Below, in pieces: positions 1-13,000 of a stretch of 64,000 nucleotides of DNA (positions are counted from its first letter, which is position 1; every line of letters begins with the position of its first letter). Source of the stretch: Phallusia mammillata. Its lineage: Eukaryota. Made by a program: the position numbers and the translations under genes. Below the pieces are notes generated by a model. It searched no databases and had not been told where the DNA came from. It worked only from the letters and a program-made list of their open reading frames with translations. Location of the stretch: NCBI GenBank assembly GCA_965637545.1, contig OZ281500.1:21018001-21082000 (forward strand), read 5' to 3'.

Positions 1-423
1 AGCATAACATATGGTGGTCTCTGTCCATAGTGACATGATAAATCAACTGATAGTGGCAGTTTGATCGATACATGGTCCGATCTCAGCACACATGTAGACA
101 TACATGCTTTCTGATATTTACCAGCATGTTAAAAACACTGTTTTCGTTTGTTTTGTGTTTGCCTTTGGGCGAACATCTTTGGCTTGACATGTTAAGTAAA
201 CTGCTTGGTTGGCGTTACTATCTGACATCCATATCAATGTGACATCCTTTTCAACATTGATGCCCTAATTTTATGATGTCAAGTTTAAATGCTCTATCCT
301 TTGGATCTATCCAAAATGTCATATAGATACTTATCACTGTCTGAAAATGAAATATACAAGGCCTGGAGTGCTAATGTGCATCAGATGGCTTACTGATGTG
401 TATTTCAAGCACATGTGCTATAC

Positions 424-623
424 CAGTGGTTCTCAACTTTTTTTGACAAATTCCTCCTTCAACAATTTAAAATATTTTCATTTCTCCCTAATATACTACA
501 TAGTAGATGCTATACCATACAAAAATCATTTAAAATTGTTTTTTTATGAACTTCACAAGTCATGTTCCCAGAGATTAAGTGTCTATTTACAAACCATATG
601 TGGTCCCAGATTAGGAACCACTG
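424..623. mobile_element. hAT (Charlie-like) MITE
   Basis: TIRs CAGTGGTTCTCAA / TTAGGAACCACTG; 8-bp TSD TGCTATAC/TGCTAAAC. The internal sequence recurs at ~2790-2972, ~6605-7146, 10922-11160, 26014-26221 and ~56915-57110. Confidence 0.8.
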
Positions 624-1092
624 TGCTAAACACTACATTGCAAAAACCTTAGTATACTAACTTTCTAATCCAGTAAAAATTTAAACTTTGTCAACAAAGT
701 GACCAGTTTTGAGTTTAGTCATCAGTGATCACATTCACAACTAGGGTTTTGATGGTTTGGAAACTAATGATTGTTAAAATATTGAGTCATTATGTGACAG
801 GTACCCTTTGGTGGACAATGACTGTCTGTTTATGTGTGATTGAGTTTTGTCATTGTGTCAAACTTACTGTAAAGTTTGGTGCGTGGGTTAACAGATATCC
901 GTGAAATATGTTACTTTAGGCAACATATAGGTCATTAAGGCTAAGAGCAGCATTTTTCATTTTGGTTTATAATTGTTGAGTAATTGCTTAATTTTGCATT
1001 TAAAAAAAGGTCAGCATTAAACTTCGATTAACATTCTTTTATTTTTCAAGCAAATAGAAGATAAAATTGTTAAATGTTACTGTATTTTAAAG

Positions 1093-4000
1093 GATCAACT
1101 AACCCTCTACCTCAATGCAATGTTGGAAAGTCCTCTATACAAAAGTCATCATGCTACGGTACGTATTTTTTATTTGGAACTTAGTCAGGTTGGATTAAAA
1201 CCTAAATCTATGAGTCAGAATCATAAAAAATAATTAAAGTCATTTATGAGATATAAAGAAGGCGTACATTTCATAAAGAATAAGATCCATAAAAACAGTT
1301 TCAATACATTTTTATGGGTTTAATATTTACTTCTTTTTTATTTAAGCCTCATAAACGTGTTATTAGCAATTACAACACCCCCCAACAAAAAAACAAAACT
1401 TGTAACCCAATAATACCCTTCTTTTAGGTCTAATCCCAAAATGACTCATAAATATCCATGGTATTTATAAAAAATCAAAATTGCCTATGTATATTGAGTT
1501 TTCTGTACAATGTTATAATTTTTTTTGAGGTTAGAATTTCAATCCAAAAATTTATTTGCAGAAAAAGTTTCTAGAAGTGAGTCGACTTTCCTTTATCCAA
1601 GATCTCGGAATAAAAGGAAAGTAAGTTCTTTAAAATTCCTTCCTGTTTGGTTTCATTTATAACGCTGTCTCAAACTGTGTGTGTAATGACTCACTTGTCA
1701 GCAACGGAAATTAAACAACCTAACGTAATGACAAGAGATTAAGTATTTCACTGTAGAAAAATAGACATATTTTCCAGTCACTGATGTTAATGGATTGTAC
1801 AGCACCACAATGTCAAATTTAAAGGACATATGTTTTTGTAAAAGTTATCATAATTTGTTGACATCAATCAATAGTGGGACAGTATTGTGTAATTTTAATG
1901 CAGATAATTCTTGAAATGAATGTAATGTGCAATTAAAACAAGCTAATGAAACGACCAATGACAATATACTAAGCATTACACTTCACAAAAATGATCAACA
2001 TTTTTCACTCACTCTTGTTAGTAGACTGTAAGGTATCTAAATAGCGTAATACACAAAACAACTGTATTGTGCAGTGGTTTTATACCATCATTAGTGACAA
2101 GTTTTGTATATTTCTAATGCAAGAGGTATCTTAACATTTAATACCGGCAGCTAATATCCCACCGTCCATTTTCTATACTTTGGTCAAAATAACATTGTTT
2201 TAAAGTCAAAATATAAAACAGTATTTCAAAGTCTGCATGTTCACTGCTTGCATTCACTGCTTGCAATCTACCATGTTGTACGCTAGACAAAGATGGCATT
2301 GTATGTCTTCAAATCATAAATTTCACTAGATGATTGATATATCAGTTGCAATACAACCGCACCCATTGTAGTATGCCAACATGGGCACATTTTGCATATA
2401 TTACTCCCACAATAATGTCTTGCCATATAACGATGCCCTATTGCAGGGAAGGGCTCATCAAGAAGAGATCTGGGGGCCATAAGATCGACCTTTATGTCTG
2501 CGGAAGATGCTGCGACGCTTGTGAAATGTTTGCCCGTTGGAGCGAAAGGTTGGACATTTTGAAACGTGTTTCGTTTTCGGTGTGCTATGGTTACGCATGC
2601 GCTAGGCCGTGATAGATAAGCGTGTATGCTGATATGCGATTAAGGGATATACAGTAAAGCTCGAAGATCCAGATTAACAGATTAACCGGTGTCAATTAGT
2701 TTAAGTCTTACGACATTACAAATCATGTGTACCTCGAGTTCAACCCTGTATGTGTAAACAGAATCGAAAATGGATACGAACTATTTCGACGAATTCCTTA
2801 CTTAACAATTCAAACATTCTCACTTCCTTCCAATAGTAGATGCTAAACCTTACAAAGATCATTTAAAATTGGGTCTTTTATCAACTTCGCGGGATACATT
2901 CGCAGAGCTAAAGTGTATATTTACAAACCACATTTTCAATAAAATAAATTTCTTCCCGGTTGGGAACCACTGTGTTAATAGATAAGACTGTAAAAATGAG
3001 TTCTTAAAATCGTCCTTAACATCTTATAGCAACACATTGCAATCCCTTTTTTCTCTGGTTGCAAATATGCAGGCCATAATATGATGTTAGTAATGGGAAA
3101 CGGAAAGCTAACATACCTTTCACAAAATATTAACTATAGCCATAATATGATGTGTAGCGTTTAACGACACCCTTTTATTAGTCGTGTTTTTCAGTGATAT
3201 TAAACCGAAAAAAACAATACATAATTTTTAATACTTACGTTTAAACATGGTTTACAGGACTGTAAACATGACCTGAAAATACATTAGTTTCATTTGTGTC
3301 GAAAATAAATTATATTTTATAGCTCTCATGTCAAAATTTTGACTGTGTTATTCATCTAAAGTAGCCGTTATTGTTGTTGTGCACTAAAACATTGTGGCAT
3401 CATAATTGAAAACCGAAAGCGTGAATTTCGTAAGCTACTGTTTGAGGATTAACGTGGCCCGCAGCTGGCAATTATGTCTGATCACTGCATAGCAACACTA
3501 GCTAACTTGCAAGGCACGAAAGTATGCGCGGAATTTTCAACTGCTGGTAAAACGATCGCTCTATACCACTCGTGGTTTGGCCGTATCACGTAAATAGCTT
3601 TGTATATATAACCCTAGCCTTAAGCGTGTTTTGTGAACTATATTGTGGTTAGGCGGTTGGTTGACCTTATGAACTTCGATGCGTTCAACGTCACACCAAT
3701 TACCGTCTAACTATTCCTAATCGATGAAAACGAACGGTAAATGTCGAAGTACTGTGACAGATTGCTTAATTGCGTTCTCTAATGGGCATTACGCTTTACG
3801 TTACGTAATTGTTCCGCATTTTTAAAACTTTTTGAAATATGCAACACGGCGGGTGGAGCGTTTGTTCAGAGCACAAGAGTAAAAAATAAGACAAACACAG
3901 CACTGGGCCCTTTTGGTTCATTAGATGTCCTAATATAATACTACATGCAAAATTACACATCATTTACCAATCGCAGGCTTGTCGCAGCTTATTGTTGTTA

Positions 4001-7000
4001 TAAATCGCAGCTTATTGTTGTTATAAAACAGTGAAACCAAATTAAGATAAATCCTTGATTAAAACAAAATCAATCCATTTTAGGTAAAATAATATTGCCC
4101 AAATTGCAACATTAAGGCCTTATTCAAACAGATTTTTGTAGCTTTGCCCTTTCGGAACGTCGTCAACAAAAGCTAGAAACCACCTTTTAGGGGTGCATTG
4201 CACTTGACTTCAACTAGTCCTGATTGTTTTCGCACGCTTTCGGGCAGGGTGATATACCAGCAACCGAAAGAACGTGCCTAAACAATGCCCTGTTACCGTG
4301 GGGTCTTCTCAGTATCGGCAATTGATACGGGTTAGAAAGGGGAATTCAAGATAACCCAGTCAAGCATGCTGTTTACGCGTTGGGAAAAGCCTTATTTCTC
4401 TGCAAATTGTGACAATGTGCACGCTTTAGTCTTTGTTTTGCCATGTTACAATTCGGCGACGTTTGTTAATTTGCGCCAATGTGGATTATGAAAAGAAACA
4501 TAGCGGTAGATTCAATCTCAAATTTGAATGCAGCTGGGCTTTTTTGTGCCCCTAATAAGTTGGAAAATCATGTAAACATGCCCAAATGGTTCCACTGAAA
4601 CGGATGGCCCTAAACACTGTGACCAAAAAGTGACTTTTTATGCTTTTAATAAGCTGGAAAATCATGTAAACAAGGCCAAATGGTACCGCCAAAACGCCTA
4701 AACCGTGTTACCCACAGCGGTTGTCCTTTTGGGATTTTAAGCAGTCCACAGGGCTTTAAGGGCATTCCAACGCCACAACCTATGTACAGGTCGGGCACTA
4801 CCCTTTTTAGCAAGTACTTGCTTACCACATTCCGCAACTAAACTGCGGGTGGCCATATACAAGGCACCCAGTATTGTACATCGAATACAGTATTGGGTTC
4901 CGTTCATTTTATCACGGGCTGTTTCAAATTTTTGATTCTCACATTAATTATTAACCTAACGTCGTCCCTGTGTGATAAATATAGGCGGGAATAGCCTCGT
5001 GGGGCGTTATACCTCATCAGATCCGAATTTGCAAACCTGGCGTAACGAATGAACGCCTTCGATCTAAGACTGAACACGTCCAGCATATTAGATAGGTTAA
5101 TGGGTTCGTTTTTACCTGTATTGACAGTTGGTCATGTATTGATCATACTGGACAACGGCGGTTTGTTAAAGTTTGTTGACTAAGTTGAAGTAGTCTATTT
5201 GCCACGTGTATTACATGGGAATATGGTACATTGTCAAAGTGTTGCATTTTTCGGTTAAAATAAACCAGTAAACTTATAAAATTATAACTTACTACATGGA
5301 AATATGGTTATAAGTGTTGTCTTTATTGAAAAACTGAACACGGTAAATGTACAAAATCGATCCTCTTACAAAACTGTTTATAGACACGTTTATTAATTGT
5401 GTAATAGTTGGTCTTGTCATATTGCACTAAAAACGAAAGATTCTGGTTTTAAAACGTTTTGGCGGTTAATTTTGCCATCTTTTTTCGATTGAGAAAATTA
5501 TTTTTACTCATTGTTTGAATAATGGATGAAACCACATCGGACTAAAAGGTTTGTGCTACGTTTTAGATGCACGTAACTGATAATACTGTTGGGGAAACGG
5601 TTTTTGGTGTAATTTTTGCAGTAACAAGATCATAATCCTAAATTTCAATTGTTGCAATTTTTTTTGCTTGTTAGGTTTAAAGGTTCTGTTTGGGACATGG
5701 CACTCTTTTTAATAAAATAAAGCATGAGTGCACATTTTATATCTGTTATATGGATGCCACTAACGCCACACCCTACACGAAGTTTCCTTTAAACGACATG
5801 CATAAGATAACGAAAAGGGCCTTTAGTGCGCCTTACGTTATAATGTCAACTAAACCGTGCTCGTCGGCTGCGAATGTTATTCTATGACTACCAAAGGAAT
5901 CGTTAACATCTTGTAAAATTACGCAGAATTACTCACTTAATTTAAACGTTTTATTGTGTTTAAAAAAACTTTGCAACCGTACATGCACGAAGCTCGCTCT
6001 GAACGCGCTTTGAAAACCTCAAATCAAGTATGGCCATAGATTTAGTATGTGGCTTTTAGCTTAAAAAAATTAGAGACCCCAGCCTTAAATGATTAGCTTC
6101 TGTTTTTTGACTTGACATTTACGAAGCAGCACACGAAATAAGATCTTTGCTCCCCGGCACATTCCTAACCGTTCGGCTTCTAGTTTGACCCCAAGTCAAC
6201 AAGATAAAAAAGTCCGTTTGTCTTTAGCCATTATCGGCATTGTTTTCAGTACAGCTGCCTGGGCCAAGACTAAAAACCTTACGCCTTTACCAAAGAACTT
6301 TTTCGTGGAATAAAGTTACCCGAGCTATAGTAAACAGTTGGGGCATGAGTATAACTTTAAAAAACGTCGCAAAATAGCATTAAAAACGTCGCAAAATAAC
6401 ATCGACCTTCTGGGCAAAAAGCGACTGTACCCCAAAATTGTTCTGCATTTATGTATGTTTGACCAGTACCGCTAGTCAAAAGCTTTGCTATAGGGTCAAA
6501 AAAACATTAAATCGCAAAGATTTTATCCTAAGTTTGCCTTGTCATTTCCTGTTGTATTAAGTTTGTCAGGTTTTACAAATATTTTTGTGTTTTTTGCCCT
6601 TTGCCAACCGGGGAGGAATTTTAAAACTTTAGGCGTAGAATTTTTGAATTTTTACATGTGGTTTGGAAATATACACTTAAACTCTGGGAATTTAACCTGC
6701 AAAGTTGATAAAAGACAATTTTAAATGACCTTTGTATGGTTTAGCATCTACTACAGTGGTTCCCAAACTTTTTTCTTTTAAGGCGCATTTTAGAAAAAAC
6801 AAACATTATTTGGCGCACTTCGAACATTTGAATATTTTTTTTAGCTGACAAAGGCACTAACTATGAGATCATAAAGCCGCTATACAGGCCACTCTCATAG
6901 TAAAATAGCCTAGTTGAACATCTCAGAGACGTGGAGCATGTTGGCCTAGTAGTCTAAGCACCTGGTACTACTACTCTACTTGATTGATTTTAATTTCAAT

Positions 7001-10000
7001 ATTTTTTGCGGCACACCTGATGATATCTCGCGGCACACAAGTGTGCCGCGGCGCATAGTTTGGGAACCACTGATCTACTATGTGGTCTATTAGGGATGTT
7101 TTGAACTGTTAAGGCAGGAATTCGTTGAAAAAGCTTGAAAACCACTTGCATAGATAGACCGTGTTTTAAACTGTAATGATGCTTCAATATACAACAGGTA
7201 CCAAGAACAAGTAAATTATATTTATCATTCAGGTTTACGAAGCCTATATTGCGCTTAGCGTTAAATGTAGTCGATGCGTGACGGTGGTATTTGCCAGCAA
7301 GGGCGGTTTCGGCGTTAAAAGGTTTCCCATCAAGTTTTTGTATCTACTCGTAGACTTCGTATTAGTTGACTTTCAAACTCCACTGCAGTGTTGTGCAGGA
7401 CGTTTTTAAAAAATCCCGCGTGTTTTTCTGACATTTGCCATATTTTGTTCTCACCCACCCTACGGAAAAACACACCAATAAATTGCAGCAAGTTTTTATG
7501 TTTTGTGTCTTGTGCTATTGTTTAGTATATGAACACGTTATAAATTGGAAAGCAACACATCGAAGACAGCTTATTTTACTTTAAAAACAAAAGATCTATA
7601 GTGTACAGTTGTGAACGTAAACATTTCCTGTTGTGTGCCTAAACTAAGAGCGACGTGATTAATTTGCCGGAAATAGGTATGTCGTAACGACATCTGACTA
7701 TTAACAATTTCCTGAAAAGTTTTAACATCCGCGGCATGGTCTGTGTTTTGTTAACTTGCAAGGCGAAGTGAAAAGCACCTAGTATAGATAGATTTTGTGG
7801 GCCTGAAGAGCTATCTAACCATTCCATCGGTATATAATGACTTTTACCAAGATTTTTTTTTGCATATTTTGCTTGTGTGTGTAATGTTGCCCTCGAGCAT
7901 TAAATAACAGTTTGTTGCTTTAAAGATACAACATTACACGAATCCACTAGGGTTGTGCTTTAAACTTTCGTTTGCCTAAAGTTAATGTCAGTGATGTTAA
8001 ACATATCTACGACTTGCAATTAATTTTTACCAATGTAATGCTGTTGATTGAATTACAATTTCAGCCATCTACTGTGCGAATAGAACAACAGCTCTTATAA
8101 CAACTCATTTAGTTTTAGAATTTCCATTAGACGTGCTTTGTAAAAAAACAAATGTTATCTTTGAAACTATACACCTTAATTAGCCAGTTTTAAGACCGAT
8201 TGTATCAATACCTAGCTTTTGCTGTGTGTTTAAAAATGTATGTTGTTTCAAACACTAGCGTTTTGTTTGAGCTAGTTTCAAAGCTGCTGCTCTTCTTGGC
8301 TTGAAAGTGGTGACGTCACACTTTCATGACGTAATGATCAATTTTGTTTGTACTTTCACCGTAACACTTTTACTTGGGAACCCAGTGTCACTATAACAGT
8401 ATTAAAGCAAAGAGCCGTGGCCTGATAAGCATATGATACAGACAGTGTACACTGTTTCGGCCCAAAAGGTCTCATCAGTGCAACTGTCGAGGTTTACTGT
8501 ATTTGAACAAGAAATCTTATTGTATTTTTGCTTTTTAGGTGGTTCGTCGTGAAGGACTCGTTTATTCTGTACATGGACCCGAACCGTGAAAAAATCAAAG
8601 GGGTTTTGCTTTTCGATAATCTCTTCAGCATTTCTCATCAGAAGCCGTCAAGTTCGATTATTCTCAACAATACTTCGAGAAGGTAATAAAAGAAGGCCGA
8701 GTAGGGCTTTGTAAAGCAAACATGTCCGGTTGTTCACTTTATTACCTGGTATTAACTTATTACTCTTCAAATAAACGTTTATGTTATGAACGAGTATTGT
8801 TCGTCCAGCAGTTTTTATTAGAAATATTTGACTTTTCGACGTCTCGAGACGACTTCTTTAGGGTAATAAACTGCTGGAAGAGCAATACTAGTTTATACAT
8901 TATGCCTGGCAGCAATAGCTTATACATTTTTCTTATAAACTTACCTATTTTTTTCGTTTTTTGGGTAGGTACACAATTATATCATTGTCAGAAATACCTC
9001 GGAAATACCCCTTTTTTCCTCATAAAATTTTCCAAAAAAAATCCTGTTTGAAAACATAAATGATACCTTGGTGTTAAATTATCTAATCTTGTTGCCTCGA
9101 ACATTTTAAGGGTATTTCATTGTTACTTAACTTTTTCATTCTTATTCAGTTTAATGTTGGACTGTGGTAGCGACCGGCAAGCGTTAGATTGGAAGAAGGC
9201 AATTGAACATTGCGTGAAAAACACATCGGACGGTTTGACTGAAAGTGAGATTAGATTGGGATCTTTTGCACCACAGAGACCCGACTCATACGCGCATTGG
9301 TAAGTTTATCACATCAGAGTTGCAGGTAGGGCCGGCCTTTTTAGTTTGGGTTCAGGTTTAGGCTTAAGTTTGTATGAAACTGGCTTTATTCAGGCATAAA
9401 TTACACTTGGCATAATTTGTTCCGCAAACTTTTTTTTTTGTCGAATTCAGGATTTGTTTAAAATATATTTTTGGTTAGGTTTTTTGGCTACGTTTCGAAA
9501 ACGGCTTGTACTTTCGGGTTTGGGCCAAAAAAAGACCCCTTTTCAACTCTGTATCACATTGCCCTTTAACATAACCAGGTTTTTTTTATAGTTTGGTTTG
9601 GGTGACCGCTAAGTAGTTTTAAGAGACCGCAAGTGTTTCATTTAAATACCAAAAAATAGCCATATTTGCTTAAACGAATTATTTATTAGGCTACTGGCAA
9701 ATTTTGGGAAACCGCTGGAGAAATTTGGGGGACCGTTTCGGCCCCCAAAACACCTTAAAAAAACACTGAACATAACTATTGTAAAAATAAATGCCTGGCT
9801 TACCGTAAAATTGTCATTGTAGGAATATAGTACATTTGAAAACCGTAGGGCACTTTAATAGTTTACAGTTTCTTCATCCAAACTTGTGGGCGTTACCACC
9901 CACTTCTGAGCGTTTAGTAAAGTTAGGTGGGTGGCACGCACTTTTGCCATACAATACAATAGACTACGCTTGTGGGCGAAATGCCATAAAAGTGGGCGGT

Positions 10001-13000
10001 GGGGTTAAAAGGGGTTGCGCATCCCTGGTGGAAACGATAAAACTGTATCGAATTTCATTTTACCAATCTTTAAACTGCATGGTAGTATGCAAGTAAAGCT
10101 CAGCATTTTTTTCATTTAGTGTATCATTTGTTTAGAATTGCTTCAATTCAGTATTCATTTCATTCAGTATTACTTAACTTTAGTATTTCCAAATTTTTTA
10201 GTATTTCCTTAGTTTCCTTTTATTTAATGTTCACTATAATTAAGTGTTATTTCAAGTTTAGTAATGAAATTAAACTGTTATTAGTTTGTTTGTTCAATTC
10301 AATTATTATTGTTGTCTGTTCAATTATAATTCAATAATAATTTTCAATTCATTATTCCTTAAATTTAACATTCCCTCAAGTTAGTGTTCAGTGAATTTAC
10401 CAATCCATTATTTAGTATTGCTTTAATTTAGTATTTCCTTAATTTAGTATTCACTGAATTTAGTATTTCCTTAATTTAGTATTCACTGAATTTTAGGTTC
10501 ATCGATGGTCGCGAATTTATGGCGACGGTTGCGGATTCCATTGAGAAAGCACGTGAGGAAATCTTCATCACTGATTGGTGGCTTTCACCTGAGATTTATA
10601 TGAAACGACCAATGACACAGGGCGACCACTGGCGTCTCGACAAACTGCTTCAACGCAAAGCTGTAAGTCACACATACGAACTACAGCCAAACTGATGATT
10701 TTTTGCAAAACAATATGTCAAATAGTTTATGTCAAGAATGTCGAACTTTTTGGCTGCAAAATTGGCCTTGTCAACTAGCTTAGCTACTTTACTATGCTAA
10801 TACTGCTTAAAATGCCTTGTTTTGTGTTTCGGGAGTATAAGTCTTTGGGATCTACGGCGAAACAGCAAAAATGTATTTAACGTTTTTGTGATTAAATTCT
10901 AAATAAGGATATTATTTGCCGCGGTGGTTCCCAACCGGAAAAGAATTTAAAATCTTTAGTGAAGGAATTTAATTTAATTTTTACATGTAGTTTGTAAATA
11001 GATACTTCAGCTTTGTGAATATAACCTGTGAAGTTTATAAAAGACACAGTTTTACATGATTTTTGTATGGTTTAACACCTACTATGTAGTATATGGGGAG
11101 AAATAAAAATATTTTAAATTGTTGAGGAAGAGATTCTTTGAAATAGGTTGGGAGCCACTGGTTTAGCGTGTTTCGAGATTTTGTGGGGTTTCAGAAGCAA
11201 GAAACTTAAGCGGCATCGCTCTAACTCAGCGAACCATTATAGTTTAGTCTAATTCCAAGTGGCCGCTAACAAGTGAAAAAGCACTGATCAAAGAGGCACT
11301 CCTGTGTACTCACTGGTGCTTTACACACAACGAAATTTTCCCGTACAAAAATTTCCCAACCGACATTGGTGGTGCAAATTTGTTTTCAAAGCCCCAATAT
11401 CAACGTTATCGATTGCTATTAAACCACAAATCGTTTCCCAAATGCGAATGGGTTTCCTGACCAATACTAGACCATGGAACGCGGAAATAGGCGCAACAGT
11501 TGAAAAGTATCTCGTGATGTTTATTAGTTTACCAACTCAGTGCGCCTCTTTATTGCAACATTTCCATATTAATGTGTTGCAATATTTACTCCCCGAAAAA
11601 TTATACAGTGGATGATTTCGCCGGGAAAAAAACTGTTACATAATATTGCGGTATAAAAACACGCTTGTGCCTTGAGTTGTGTGCAGGGCTTGGGCCTTAG
11701 GTTTCTTTAAAAACGGGCATGATTCCTGACCTGACTCCACACTCTGTGTAAGTATTTTTTACAAAATAAAGTTAACTAGCTAAGCCAGTGGTTCTCAACC
11801 TTTTTTCTTTCGTGGCCCACTTTCATTGCAAAAAAATTCTGTGGCCCAGTAAATTTTTGAGATAGAAAGAAATCAACTATAAAATAGGTTCAGAACAAAA
11901 AACAAAACAAAAACTTTCCTTCTCAATTCCTCCCCAAGCCATTATTCTTGTAAAATTGAGTGTAGTGACACAAATGAAAGTAAATTCTTAAAAAAAAAAA
12001 AAAATTGTTGGTCTGTGGCCCAATCAAAATGCTTCCATGGCCCACTGGTTGAGAACCACTGATCTAAGCAGATAGTTGTTGCACCTGACTTAAATGCCCG
12101 ACAGCACTAAAATGCCTCGTTTAAGACCATTGTCTGTTATTGTCTATTGTGTATGCATAGGAATGTGGATCAAACTGCCGGTCTAAACCGGTTTCGCAAA
12201 AACAATTCGGGTTCGGTGTCCAAATTCAGGCCCGTTTACAACTCTACTTGCGCCATTTGTAGCTTGTTCTCTTACCGCACCAAAACGTTGCACATTCATT
12301 TCTTACCACACAGGTATTTCTAAAGCAAATACCCTCTGATCAAAACGTCAATACATACTTCTCTTATCAAACTTACAAGTTATGGCGCCATGTCATTGAG
12401 CACAACTTAACCGGTTCCGTGTTATAAGTAAAATTCCGTGTCGATATTACCGATTCGCCACGCCCCACACGGTCGCATACCGTTTGTCACGTGACCCGGT
12501 GATGACGTCACGGCGCTCGATTCAAACGTTGCTTGGCAACTATGTTAGCCTTTGCCGTCGTTTGTTTGCTAAAATGGCCTATTGAATAAATACTAAATGA
12601 CTGCGCCGTGTGTCTCGGGTCTGATACGGCTGCTTTGGGACTACGATATTGAAGTCACGTGACTGCTCTGGCTATGTATTTTAATGTGGATTAATTACAA
12701 GACCAGTTTGGGTAAAAATTAGGGTTTTAATATGTTTTTGATGCTCTTTACTATAAGTTAAACACCTGAAATAATAAAATTTTATCAGACGGTCAGCCAA
12801 TACCCTCTATGTGATCTGTATGCCTTTTTCTTGCGAATGGCAAAACACGCTAATGGGTTAAAGGATGACTCGCTAATCATGGTTAATGGGTTAAAGGATT
12901 CAATTTGTTACGATTAAACGCCATTTGTTTCTATTTGTAACCTGCCTCGTTTTTCTTCGCGAAACGAATTGTAACAAGAAGGCTTGGTTGTTATTATAGG

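Noticed and set aside
347-652. Stand-alone short ORFs in the track (e.g. 347-652, 11304-11615, 26645-27339, 34586-34849, 60958-61178)
   Set aside because: They overlap MITEs, UTRs or AT-rich introns, often use non-ATG starts and lack protein-like motifs.
700-732. Additional hammerhead near CTGATGA at ~720 (minus strand)
   Set aside because: No stem II and no GAAA at the required position.
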